A stretch of 64,000 bases of DNA from Acidobacteriota bacterium (lineage in GTDB: Bacteria > Acidobacteriota > UBA6911 > RPQK01 > JAJDTT01). Where the stretch lies: the NCBI GenBank assembly GCA_965217775.1, contig CBDCJH010000002.1, forward strand, positions 2,720,001 through 2,784,000. Direction: 5' to 3'. The notes beneath the pieces were generated by a model, which saw only the letters and a list, made by a program, of their open reading frames with translations, was not told the origin of the DNA and did not search any database. This document shows positions 50,085 through 60,224 of this stretch, piece after piece. Numbering within the stretch: position 1 is the stretch's first letter; each line of letters begins with the position of its first letter. Both the position numbers and the translations under genes were made by a program.

Positions 50085-51497
50085 ATGTCAGGAGCAGCAG
50101 GATTGCTGAGCAGACCTTCTATTGCGATCGCTCTCGCACTTACGCTGGCTTGTGCCGCGTGCGGTGAACCAGCCGAGGTGCTTGTGGGCGAGCGGCTTCT
50201 TGTCCTGGAAGGAGCCACTCTGATTGACGGCACCGGCACCGAACCGCGCGAGGACAGTGCCATCGTGGTGGACGGCGACCGAATCCTCAGGGTCGGCAAC
50301 ACCGGTGAATTCCATTTCCCCGACACGGCACGACGAAGAGAGGTTTCGGGCCACTTCGTGCTTCCAGGATTCATCGACATGCATGTCCATGTTCACCCCG
50401 AGGCTCGGATCGAGACCGTGGAGGCGTTGCTCGAGTTCGGAGTGACCACGATACGCAGCCCGGGCGCCGCTCAAAGCGCCGGCGTCGAGCTCCGGGATCA
50501 GATCGAGGCGGGCCAGGTTCGCGGTCCGCGGATGATTAGCGGCGCCGCTTTCATCAACGGGTCTCCTCGATTCGATTGGACGGTAGCCGTGGAGACGCCG
50601 GATGAGATCCGGGACGTGGTTCGACAACAGGCTGCGGCGGGCGCAGACATGATCAAGCTGTACTGGGACGTGACCCCGGAGCTGATGGCCGCTGCCATCG
50701 AAGAGGCCCACAGGCTGGGTCTGACGGTCGCCGGCCACCTTCGGGCAACGAGCTGGACCCAGGCGGCGCGAATGGGAATCGACGCCTTGCTCCACAGCGG
50801 CGCGGAAGGGCCGACCTGGGAGCTGGTCCCCGAAAGGTACCGGGCCCTACTGCGGGCACTACCCTATCGGGAGTTCTACGCCCGTTGGATCGAGTTGGTG
50901 GAGCTGGACGGCGAACTGATGAGCTCCTTGATCGCCGCTCTCGTTGCCAACAACGTGACGGTCGACCCGACTCTGGTCGCGATGGAAAGCCTCCACTTCG
51001 GTGACGACCCTAAGGTTCTCGAACGGCTCGAGCCTCAGCGGGCTCCGCCCGCGGTCGTCTCGCTTTGGGGTCCGGATTGGCAGGAGCGAAACCCGTTCGT
51101 CTTCACCAACCCGATGGGAGTCGTGCGGAACCTCACGTCCGGCAAGGACGTATTCCCCGTCGCACTCCAGATCGTGCGGAGGCTTCACGAGGGGGGAGTG
51201 AGGCTGACTGCAGGAACCGACGTGGGAACGCCCTGGATCACGCCGGGCGTGAGCCTGCATCGGGAGCTGGAGCTTCTGGTTCAGGCCGGCATCGACGAGG
51301 CTGACGTGATCGTCACGGCGACCCGAAACGGCGCCGAGGGCCTGGGTCTGGAGGACAGGCTCGGAACCGTCGAAGCCGGGAACCTGGCCGACCTGGTCGT
51401 ACTCTCGGCGGATCCGCTGTCGGACATCCGCAACACCCGTTCGGTGACCTCCGTTTACAAGGCCGGCGAACTCGTGTATCCGGCCGCGCCACCTTGA
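50085..51497 (+). CDS. Amidohydrolase family lipoprotein (copy 2)
   Basis: Close paralog of 43476-44891. Confidence 0.9.
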   Translation: MSGAAGLLSRPSIAIALALTLACAACGEPAEVLVGERLLVLEGATLIDGTGTEPREDSAIVVDGDRILRVGNTGEFHFPDTARRREVSGHFVLPGFIDMHVHVHPEARIETVEALLEFGVTTIRSPGAAQSAGVELRDQIEAGQVRGPRMISGAAFINGSPRFDWTVAVETPDEIRDVVRQQAAAGADMIKLYWDVTPELMAAAIEEAHRLGLTVAGHLRATSWTQAARMGIDALLHSGAEGPTWELVPERYRALLRALPYREFYARWIELVELDGELMSSLIAALVANNVTVDPTLVAMESLHFGDDPKVLERLEPQRAPPAVVSLWGPDWQERNPFVFTNPMGVVRNLTSGKDVFPVALQIVRRLHEGGVRLTAGTDVGTPWITPGVSLHRELELLVQAGIDEADVIVTATRNGAEGLGLEDRLGTVEAGNLADLVVLSADPLSDIRNTRSVTSVYKAGELVYPAAPP

Positions 51498-51728
51498 AAC
51501 GGGCGCTTATGGTGACACCCGGTAGAAAAAGGGCAAGCGGCGGTTTCCAACCGCCGAACTCCGGTGGAGCATTGAGGAATGGGCGACTGGAAGTCCGTTG
51601 CTCCGTCCAACTGAGATAAGGTATAGATCCTTTATTTTCAACAGTTTATCCCATTTCTTAGGTCTAATCACTTTCCCTTTTTTGCTGCCCGTTGCCGGTT
51701 TGTTGCCTGTTGCGTTTGTGAGTCTTCG

Positions 51729-52562
51729 TTAGCCTGTGCCTCCCGAATGCTCTGGAGCGCATGCGAACTGACGTACCCCGCATACCGCATCGTCGTGCTG
51801 ATCGCCGAGTGCCCCATCAACTTCTGCACCGTTCTCACGTCCACCCCCTAGCATCAGCCAATGGCAGCAGAGGAATCGTCTCAGATCGGGAAAACCGACT
51901 TTCAACCCCACCTTCTCGGCAGCGCGACGCAACAGTTTGTCGGGAGTCACCCATCTCGTTCCCGTCCGGCTGTTGACGAAGACGTGTGGCGTGTTCAGGT
52001 AGCGAACCAGCCCGACCAGGTCGCGGAACTGCTGAACCGTTAGAGGCTGGAAGGCCTTCTTCGGCTCCTTCAGTTTGGGAAACCGCACCAGCGGGTGCGT
52101 ATCGATCTCCCCACACTCCAGCGCGTAGCAAAACAGCTTGCTGATGGCGGCGATGGCGCGGTTCACCGTGGCCAGTTTGACCTGTTTCTTTCTCTGGGCG
52201 ACGTAGCGGTGCAGGTCTTTGCGTTGGAACTCCTTCAGGGAAATGTTGCCCAGCACGGCGTTGAGCCTCTTGAACGAGAGCGAATAGCGGCGCAAGGAGC
52301 GCAATCGAGGTTTGCAATACTCCTCGATAAATCGCTCGTAGAAACTCCGGACCGTCCAGATCGTGCGGTTTCCTCCGGCGAATTCCCGCTTGAGCTGCTT
52401 CCAGGTGCCGTCCAGGATGCTGGACTCCACCCGAGTTTGGAGCGCCTGTGCGCTCCGGTAGTTGGGGGCGTACTTTCTGAGCCGACGGGATCCGTTCGGC
52501 CAGTACTTGCTGACGACGTATCGTCTCCTCCCCTGGCGATCCTTCACCTTATAGATGCCCAT
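51729..52562 (-). pseudogene. Phage-type tyrosine integrase with internal deletion and frameshift
   Basis: ATVNRAIAAISKLF, FPDLRR; GVDVRTVQKLMGHSAISTTMRYA in a shifted frame; the TGxR segment is missing. Confidence 0.85.
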
Positions 52563-52955
52563 GCATCTCCTCCTTTCTGGATCCGGGTTCTTCGCCGTGG
52601 GGCGAATCGTACCAAGGCTCCAGAGAGAAACGGCGAATCTCTATTCTTTCCTGCGGGAAGTCCGTTAATTTCGGCTAACGGACAGACGAGGACGCCGGGC
52701 CCGGACCTTCACCACGAGGCCAGGCGAGACGCGCCCGATCCCCAAGCAGAAGTCTGCCCAAGCGGGCGCGCCCCACCAGGGGAGCGGGACCCGGTATCCT
52801 TCTTGAAAAGAAAACCCTTTGCAAAATCAGTTGGTGGACCTGCAGTCCGGGCGACGGTCGGGCCGCCGGCATCCTCCAGATCCGGTGCCGGGACCCCGGC
52901 GGCTGGCTTTTTTCTCGAGGAGTCGGCTTCGTAGTCTCCGAGGGAAGGAGATGCC

Positions 52956-54080
52956 ATGAGAATGAGAAACGGCGGCTGCGGCCTCCGAGGAGTTAGGGAA
53001 GCGGGTCTGGTGGCGCTTTTGTTGGTCTCGGCAACGGCTGTGAATGGACAATGGCTGTCCGTTTCGGATTTCGAGCGCTTCCAATTTTACAACGCCTGTC
53101 GCCCCATGGGACTGAGGAGTCACAGCGGCGGGTCGATCGATGCCGGCGCGGATGCCGGCACGTTGGAACATGAGGACGGACGGCCAGGAATGAATCTGGA
53201 TCCCATTGTGGACGTCGCCAAAAGCCGCTTGCGCGCAGAGCGCCTCTACTCATTGTTGGAAAGCGAGTCGAACGGGGCGGCCCTGGTGGTTTCCGTCGAT
53301 GTCAGGGCAGTTTCCCGCGACCTCGTGGCGTATGCCATCGGTCTCGAATACCACAAGCTCGTCACCGATGCCGCCAGCGGACTGGAGAAACTGACGGCCA
53401 CGTGGCGCAACAACTCGATCGTGTGCTGCGACCCCCTCGATCCCGAAAGCATCAGCGAACATCTCGCCCGCGGCCACCTCGATTTCTTCCTGGAGAAGTA
53501 CCGGCAAGTGAACGAGGAGGATTGCCGCCCGCCCTCATTGACGGCCACTGGACGGCTTTCCTGTGCTGGACAGTGGAGCGGCACGGAGTGCTGGATGGAG
53601 TTGTCCAACGTGCCCGGGTGCTACGTCTGGAGTGCTGCTCGCCTGCCGGAGCAGACTGTGACCTGGACGGGCGAGTGTGGCGGGGAACTCGCCCAAGCTC
53701 AGGGAACCCTCAAATGGGCCTGGGATCGGGGCCGGGGCGAGGAGACCGCCGAAGAGACCGGGCATCTGCGGGCCGGCAAGAAGTGGCGCGGCCAGTGGAT
53801 CAGGCGCTACGGGAACGGAACCGTCCACGAAGGGGAGGTTGTAGAGGGGAAGCGGCACGGACGGTGGGTCATTCGACGTGCGGATGGAGCCGTCGTCGAA
53901 GGCTCGTATGTGGAGGGCAAGCGGCACGGCCAGTGGGTCACTCGGCACAAGTCCGGCAAGCGAGAAGTGGTCACCTACAAACACGGCTGGCAAGGCAAAT
54001 CGACCAAGATTCCTGATGAGGACCCCAAAGAGGTCGAAGTCGATGAGAACACGCCGAGGGACGTGGATGGGGATAGGTGA
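52956..54080 (+). CDS. Exported hypothetical protein with MORN-like repeats
   Basis: Signal peptide; EGEVVEGKRHGRW / EGSYVEGKRHGQW. Confidence 0.6.
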   Translation: MRMRNGGCGLRGVREAGLVALLLVSATAVNGQWLSVSDFERFQFYNACRPMGLRSHSGGSIDAGADAGTLEHEDGRPGMNLDPIVDVAKSRLRAERLYSLLESESNGAALVVSVDVRAVSRDLVAYAIGLEYHKLVTDAASGLEKLTATWRNNSIVCCDPLDPESISEHLARGHLDFFLEKYRQVNEEDCRPPSLTATGRLSCAGQWSGTECWMELSNVPGCYVWSAARLPEQTVTWTGECGGELAQAQGTLKWAWDRGRGEETAEETGHLRAGKKWRGQWIRRYGNGTVHEGEVVEGKRHGRWVIRRADGAVVEGSYVEGKRHGQWVTRHKSGKREVVTYKHGWQGKSTKIPDEDPKEVEVDENTPRDVDGDR

Positions 54081-54194
54081 GGGGAAGAGGAAGGGAGTGG
54101 CGCGATTTTATGAAGTCCTTCTTGTCCAAGAGCTCCATCGCATTTTCGAAGAGGGCCTTGTCCGGTGCGATGGTCTCCTCCCGGAGTTCCGCCC

Positions 54195-54345
54195 CCTGTG
54201 GCTCAAGCGGCGTCTGAGGGCCGCCAGCTTGCCGGAGATTATCTCGCCGCACTCGTTCCACGTGTTGGTGGTCACGGATCAGCTCAGCCAGAACCTGCTG
54301 CTTGAGGACATCTAATACCTAGGAGCCTGCGCGGCAGAAATTAAT
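54195..54345 (+). pseudogene. XerD-like recombinase C-terminal fragment
   Basis: LKRRLRAASLPEIISPHSFHVLVVTD; similar to 57023-57100. Confidence 0.6.
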
Positions 54346-54621
54346 CTACTGCGAAAGCGTAGAATCGGTCCATATTTCCCCGATTTCTCGGCGAATAGAA
54401 CAACTATGCACCTCCAAATCGTGAAAATCTGGCCTCGATTCTCCACTTTCTCGCTACGATCATTTCTACCGCGCAGACTCCAAGCCAACCACGCTTGCCC
54501 CCGATCCACTCTGAAGTCTTTGTACAGACCGCAGAGGGAGGGGGAGGTGGGACCATGTTTGCTACAATTCGGTTAAATCATTCCGGTGAACCGATCCAAT
54601 GAAGGGGGCGAAGTTCGATCC

Positions 54622-55116
54622 GTGAAAAAGTCCTCTGTCGAGATCTATGGGTTGGCCGTCTGCTTCGTTACGCTACTTTGTTTCATCATCGCCCTGGGAG
54701 TCGGTCTCTATGACCTGCTTCAGCTCGCCTACCCCGAGTTCACCCTGAATGCTTACGAGTACGAACGGCACCGGTCCAATGACTCATTCCGCGATTCACC
54801 TCGATCTGTGTCCTACGTTCAATGGTCGACTCCACCTGTCCGTGGGACAAGCCCGGACGATGGAAAAACCTATAGGGTCACTCACAGAGGAGTTCCAACG
54901 GTGCCGCAAGGAGGGCCGGAAATTACCGAGGATGAGACCACTCGAAGGCGGAAGGAGAGCTACCGTAGCGTGCTCCGAGTCGAACGCAGACACGCCCGCC
55001 AAAGTCTGGCGTTGGTGGGCATCGTGATGTTGATCGACGTTCTGGTTTTCCTTCCGCACTGGATCTTGGCGCGGCGACCAAGGGTATCGAGATATGACGG
55101 CAGACGTGTCCCGTAG
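54622..55116 (+). CDS. Hypothetical membrane protein
   Basis: Two TM helices, EIYGLAVCF...VFLPHW. Confidence 0.55.
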   Translation: MKKSSVEIYGLAVCFVTLLCFIIALGVGLYDLLQLAYPEFTLNAYEYERHRSNDSFRDSPRSVSYVQWSTPPVRGTSPDDGKTYRVTHRGVPTVPQGGPEITEDETTRRRKESYRSVLRVERRHARQSLALVGIVMLIDVLVFLPHWILARRPRVSRYDGRRVP

Positions 55117-55690
55117 CTTGATGTTTTTGCTGTTGTTCGGCGCGACGAGCGCCTCGGTTCACAATCAGGACCGCTGGAACGTCGCGGACGAGGAGATCGT
55201 GCGCTTGGCGCCCGCAGCATTCGAGGAGGTTCCACCGGCCATTCGGAAGACACTTTCCGACCAAGGCTGCTCGATCCCTCAGACCTGGGGCAACACAGGT
55301 CCGGGCTCGATCCCTCCGCCCTACGACCGGCCTCACAACGTCGTCTCAGGCGAGTTCATGGAAGCCGGACGAACGCAGTGGGCCGCGCTCTGCTCTCGGA
55401 ATCGATCATCAGCGATTGTTGTGATTGATAAGAACGGCCGAATCCGGGCCGAATTCGCATCCGCCCCGGACAGGAGTTATTTGCAAGGTATCGGGGGCGA
55501 AAAGATCGGCTATTCGCGTGCGTTGAGCCCGGCCGGGGCTGATTACATCCTGTCAGTCTACCAGGCCTACGGAGGACCGAAGCCGCCACCGATCGAGCAT
55601 CAAGGCATCGATGATGCCTTTCTTGAAAAGGCCTCCACGGTGCACTACTTCCACGAAGGAATGTGGCTGCGGTTGACTGGTGCGGACTGA
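55094..55690 (+). CDS. Hypothetical exported protein
   Basis: Signal-like N-terminus; clean ORF. Confidence 0.55.
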   Translation: MTADVSRSLMFLLLFGATSASVHNQDRWNVADEEIVRLAPAAFEEVPPAIRKTLSDQGCSIPQTWGNTGPGSIPPPYDRPHNVVSGEFMEAGRTQWAALCSRNRSSAIVVIDKNGRIRAEFASAPDRSYLQGIGGEKIGYSRALSPAGADYILSVYQAYGGPKPPPIEHQGIDDAFLEKASTVHYFHEGMWLRLTGAD

Positions 55691-56190
55691 GCCAGCGAGA
55701 CATCCCCTTTCCCGCCCCGTTGAACTGGCCGGGCGCTCCATTCGAGATCACGACTCGCCAGGACGACTCTTGGACATCGCGTGCCTGCGAACTCTATTCT
55801 GGAGTTTGTCCCCGGGAAGGGACTGTCTCATGGCACACTCGTCGTTATGTTGAATGCCACATAACGACGAGTGGGTCAGGGTTCGAGCGTTGCCCTGCGG
55901 TGCTGGCCAAAGATAGACACAGCGCAAACACCATGTGTTCCGAACCTGGGGAACAAGAGAAAATGGGAAGAGTGAGTCAGCTTTCGAGAGCCGATGCTAC
56001 TGCCTGTTTGTTGCCTGTTCAGGATGTCGAACGTTGGGAGTCAACCACTTGACCGATTCGGCCACGAATCCGGTAAATGAATGAAAACGTTAACCTTCGG
56101 TAGTTATTGACTGTGGGGCAGTCGGGACTGGAAGTCGCCCCTCGTAGCCAAGGCACCGACCCATAGTCCGAAGCTGACGGCGTCGCTGCT

Positions 56191-56748
56191 CTACGGTTGT
56201 AGCTTCGCAATCGGGATCCGCAGGAAGAACACGCCCGGTCCTCCCTCCTGATCTTTGTCGATGTCGTAAAAAACCACGCCGATCGTCTTGTCGTCGAGTT
56301 GCACTGTTCGGGGACAGGCCCGGCCGTGGATCGCCCGGCCCGGGTTGTAGTACTCGAACACGCCATCCCATGTCTGCCCGTCGTCGTATGAGATGCGATA
56401 GCGGATGCGCTCCCCGCCAAAGCCGGGTCCAAGAATCTCCGAGGCCAGCAGCCAGCCGTTTTTCAGACCGACCATTTCGTGCCGCCAGCCCTGCGTGCTG
56501 ATGTCCGGAAAGCCGTCGATGGCCTTCCACGTCTTGGCGTTGTCCGTTGATCGGAGGCCGGCACCGCTGACGAACGTGCCTCGCGGAGTCTGCACGATCG
56601 GGATCAACCCGTGATCACGGCCATCGCCGAACGGTGTTGCTTTGGTAGTGACCGGGTCAAACACAAACGTCCGGTCGATCAACGACACGAGCCATTGCCC
56701 TGAGTTCAGTTCGGTAACGGGGTGTCTGATGACGGATCTGACTTCGGG
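56191..56748 (-). pseudogene. 3' fragment of a sialidase-like gene
   Basis: Matches 59133-59690 from PEVRSVIRHP onward. Confidence 0.88.
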
Positions 56749-56749
56749 G

Positions 56750-57100
56750 CGGCACGACTGGGCGGTCCTGGGGACGCTCATCCATACGGGCGCCCGGGTC
56801 GAGGCTGTCTTCCGACTCCGGATCCAGGATCTGCGGGATCACGGCAACCACCGGGTGCTGCAGTTTGCGGAAAAAGGAGGAAAGGTCCGGGAGATCTCCG
56901 TGCACCGCGACCTGGACGAATAGCTCGCTGGCGGGCCCAAGGACTCGGGGCCGTTTCGCGCCGGCCAGGGGCGCGACCGTCCCCTCACCGGTGAGTCCCT
57001 GACGCCTCACGCCCTCGAGCGCATGCTCAGGCGGCGCCTGGCCACCGCCGGGTTGCCGGAGAATCTCTCGTCGCACTCCTTTCGGGTCCTGGTAGTCACA
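56750..57100 (+). pseudogene. XerD-like tyrosine recombinase remnant
   Basis: DWAVLGTLIHTGARV...EKGGKVREI, internal stop, then RRRLATAGLPENLSSHSFRV. Confidence 0.75.
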
Positions 57101-57562
57101 GATCCGCACAGATTCAACGGATCCACGCAGATGGCGGTTCACGCTTGTCTTGTCAGACAGTCTTATAGACAGAAGCAGTCGTTTGGATTCAGCGGTGACA
57201 GAGCAAGTCTTTGGATATTTTCAGCATGGCCCCTGAGAAGGCGGAATCGGGAGACTTCGCATGCGTACCATGATCTCCTGCGTGCTCATTTCCCTCTTGT
57301 GCTTGGGGGTCTACGAGGCGTTCCGAAAGTTTCTCTCTCTACAACAAGAGCACGACCTCACGTTGCCAGTGGAATCACATTTCAGAGTAGAGAGTTCTTG
57401 CCGGAAAGGTGTTTTTGTGAGGTCGCCGAGGGATGCAGCCCTCGACGACCTCTTTGCTAACTCGCCCTGTGCTATGAGGTGAGCCAGTCTAGCGGGGAGT
57501 CTACACTTTTGTGACGACTCCCAACCATTATTGCACAGGGCCTTCACCTAAGGAGGTCCGCC

Positions 57563-58348
57563 ATGCGGCGTGTCTACAACACCAGAGTCGCTTTCGTCGT
57601 GACCAGCCTCATCATCCTGAGTTGTTTCTGGGTATCCGATTCTGTGTGCCGTGCAGGTACGGGCGAACAGGACTTGGCATTTGGAACCTCAGAGTGGTGT
57701 CTGCCCGAGGGGGAAACCAAGTTCCCGCAAGAGTACAGGGGGCTGCTCAATCAGGCTTACAAGTCCCTGCCCGAGTGGTTGAGGTTCCCTTCGGCGTTCC
57801 AGTGCATTGCATTTCTCGAGGTGGATCAAAGTCACAGAGTCGGTTCATATGTCAGAGGGAGTGCCATTCTGTTTACCAGCCGGTGGCCAAAAATTTGGGA
57901 TTCGCTTCCAAGGCATCGGGTCCTGGAAGAGATGAGGACAACCCTGTCCCACGAACTTGGGCACATGCTGCTCAGGGACCTGGAGCGGGAGCGGAGGACA
58001 CAGTATTTCCGGTTGTCGTGGCAGCCGGATCTTTCACGGATCTCTTCCCCACACGATGGTTACCCCTACACCTGGGTGGCCAAAAAGGGATCGTGTTTCG
58101 TCGGCAGAACGGCCGCGAGTCCGACAGCATACTCCAGGACCAATCCGGGAGAAGACTGGTCCGTGACCGTACAGGTTTTCGTGACGGACCGGAGGCGGTT
58201 GCAAATAACATGTCCTGAAAAGTTTGAGGCCATGCGCCAGATTGAGCGGGAATGGCAGAGTGCCGGCAAGCGAGGCGGGACTGGCGAGGTCAATCTGGAC
58301 CGTGGACCGGTTGCTTCCAAGTTAGAGGCAGATTTCCCGCCACAATAA
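57563..58348 (+). CDS. Putative secreted zinc-dependent peptidase-like protein
   Basis: HELGH and YSRTNPGEDW. Confidence 0.6.
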   Translation: MRRVYNTRVAFVVTSLIILSCFWVSDSVCRAGTGEQDLAFGTSEWCLPEGETKFPQEYRGLLNQAYKSLPEWLRFPSAFQCIAFLEVDQSHRVGSYVRGSAILFTSRWPKIWDSLPRHRVLEEMRTTLSHELGHMLLRDLERERRTQYFRLSWQPDLSRISSPHDGYPYTWVAKKGSCFVGRTAASPTAYSRTNPGEDWSVTVQVFVTDRRRLQITCPEKFEAMRQIEREWQSAGKRGGTGEVNLDRGPVASKLEADFPPQ

Positions 58349-58573
58349 TGCGAGTGCTGACAATTAGCGTATTTGTGAATCACCGGGACCGCCATTTGTG
58401 AATCCACCCGGCTTGTACGTTACCGCGATCCAGTGGAGGAAAAGGCTCCACCACAGAGGAGACGATGCAGAATCACGTGAGACAATCGTAGCAAGATACT
58501 GAGAAATTTCGCCTTGGCACGCATCCAAGTCTATGGTGACCACAATTTTCAGGGTGAACGGATCGGAGGAACC

Positions 58574-58846
58574 ATGATCTCAAAACACAAAGCAATATTG
58601 GTTGACTGGTACAGCCGGGTCGTGTTTGGAGTGATTGCGCTATCGCTCGCAATGCTGGCGGGCCAAGGGGCGTGTTCGATGGAACCGGTCGCGCGCGCGC
58701 AGTCCGGACCATGTGGGCCACCCGATCAACCGTGCTTTGTTCGGATCCTGGCTCTTGAAGATATGATCCAGGTTGATCAAACGTACCGACAACAACCCAG
58801 GTTGAGAGTGCACGTGGTCAATCGGGTGAATACTTCTTCTAAGTAG
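58574..58846 (+). CDS. Small hypothetical membrane/exported protein
   Basis: GGAG RBS; VDWYSRVVFGVIALSL. Confidence 0.4.
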   Translation: MISKHKAILVDWYSRVVFGVIALSLAMLAGQGACSMEPVARAQSGPCGPPDQPCFVRILALEDMIQVDQTYRQQPRLRVHVVNRVNTSSK

Positions 58847-58960
58847 AATCAGGGAGTCGGGCGCAGGGTATAGCCTCCGATAAAGGGAACTATGCGGGTC
58901 TGTCCGGTAAGGCGGATCGGAAACGAGGAAGGGTGTGTCGGCGTTCAGGAACCGATTCTG

Positions 58961-59106
58961 CTGCCTGTTTGTTGCCTGTTCAGAACGTCAAACATAGCGA
59001 GTCAACTACTTTACCGATTTGGCGAAGAACCCGGACAACATTGAAAACGTTAACGTTCGGTAGTTGTTGACTGTGGCACAGTCGGGAAGGAAAGTCCCCC
59101 CCTCCT
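58961..59106. repeat. Third copy of the integrase-element end, fused to a REP half
   Basis: tgcctgtttgttgcctgttcag...gaaaacgttaac.ttcggtagtt.ttgactgtgg..cagtcggga matches 56000-56136 and, inverted, 31717-31800. Confidence 0.8.
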
Positions 59107-59132
59107 AACCCGATGCTGACGGTGTCGCTGCT

Positions 59133-60104
59133 CTACGGCTCCAGCTTCACAATCGGGATTCGCAGGAAGAACACACCCGGTCCTCCCTCCTGATCTTTGT
59201 CGATGTCGTAAAAGACCACGCCGATTGTCTTGTCGTCGAGCTGCACTGTTCGGGGACAGGCCCGGCCGTTGATCGCCCGGCCAGGGTTGTAGTACTCAAA
59301 CACGCCATCCCATGTCTGCCCGTCGTCGTATGAGATGCGATAGCGGATGCGCTCACCGCCAAAGCCTGGTCCGAGAATCTCCGACGCCAGCAGCCAGCCG
59401 TTTTTCAGACCGACCATTTCGTGCCGCCAGCCCTGCGTGCTGATGTCGGGAAAGCCGTCGATGGCCTTCCACGTCTTGCCGTTGTCCGTTGATCGGAGGC
59501 CGGCACCGCTGACGAACGTGCCTCGCGGGGTCTGCACGATCGGGATCAACCCGTGATCACGGCCATCGCCGAACGGTGTTGCTTTGGAAGTGGCCGGATC
59601 AAACACAAACGTCCGGTCGATCAACGACGTGAGCCATTGCCCTGAGTTCAGTTCGGTAACGGGGTGCCTGATGACGGATCTGACTTCGGGATCACGCGGG
59701 AATGGTTGCGGGTCGCTCCAGGATACTCCTTCGTCACTCGACAGGGAGTACAAGACAGACCGTGGTTCTTTCTGAGTGACCGGCGTATCCCAGCGGTTCC
59801 AGCAATGCACCAGGCGGCCGTCGCTCAGCGTCGTCAGCGAGCCCGGGTAGTAGGTCTTGTCGACAGTATGGACAAAGGGAACTGGCTCGGACCATGTCAT
59901 TCCTCCGTCCGACGATCGAGTGATGCGCAGGTCCACGTGATTCACTCGCCCGTACGTCACAACGATGGTCCCCGAGCGGGTGACACAGGCCGCCGGGTGA
60001 ATGTGCCCGTCGACCGGGACGGCAATCCGGACCGGTTTCAGTTGATGGTCGCTCGCGACGACCGTTGACACAGCGAATAAAGACAGCACGGCGAGTCGGT
60101 TCAT
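59133..60104 (-). CDS. Sialidase-family (BNR) secreted protein (second full copy)
   Basis: Close paralog of 45045-46019. Confidence 0.8.
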   Translation of the reverse strand: MNRLAVLSLFAVSTVVASDHQLKPVRIAVPVDGHIHPAACVTRSGTIVVTYGRVNHVDLRITRSSDGGMTWSEPVPFVHTVDKTYYPGSLTTLSDGRLVHCWNRWDTPVTQKEPRSVLYSLSSDEGVSWSDPQPFPRDPEVRSVIRHPVTELNSGQWLTSLIDRTFVFDPATSKATPFGDGRDHGLIPIVQTPRGTFVSGAGLRSTDNGKTWKAIDGFPDISTQGWRHEMVGLKNGWLLASEILGPGFGGERIRYRISYDDGQTWDGVFEYYNPGRAINGRACPRTVQLDDKTIGVVFYDIDKDQEGGPGVFFLRIPIVKLEP

Positions 60105-60224
60105 CAGATGTCTCCAGATGTTGAACAAGGGATCCTGTGCAAAAAGAATAACTCAGACGCCATGGAATAAGGAGGCCGACGACGCCTATTGCATGGCATT
60201 CTCATCCACCTTCTTGATCATCTT

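Larger units (their letters stand above)
51585..56136 (-). mobile_element. Decayed tyrosine-integrase element 2 in a REP hairpin loop
   Basis: 11-bp direct repeat GACTGGAAGTC at 51585-51595 and 56126-56136. Removal restores GGGCGACTGGAAGTCGCCC. TTGCCTGTT arm-like repeats near both ends. Confidence 0.82.

Noticed and set aside
51533-51545. caAGcggcg as a scar of the IS110 left junction
   Set aside because: The match is too short to distinguish from chance REP variation.
54100-54195. Minus-strand peptide PDKALFENAMELL resembling a BamD N-terminus
   Set aside because: Only about 30 residues with no start or continuation; insufficient support.
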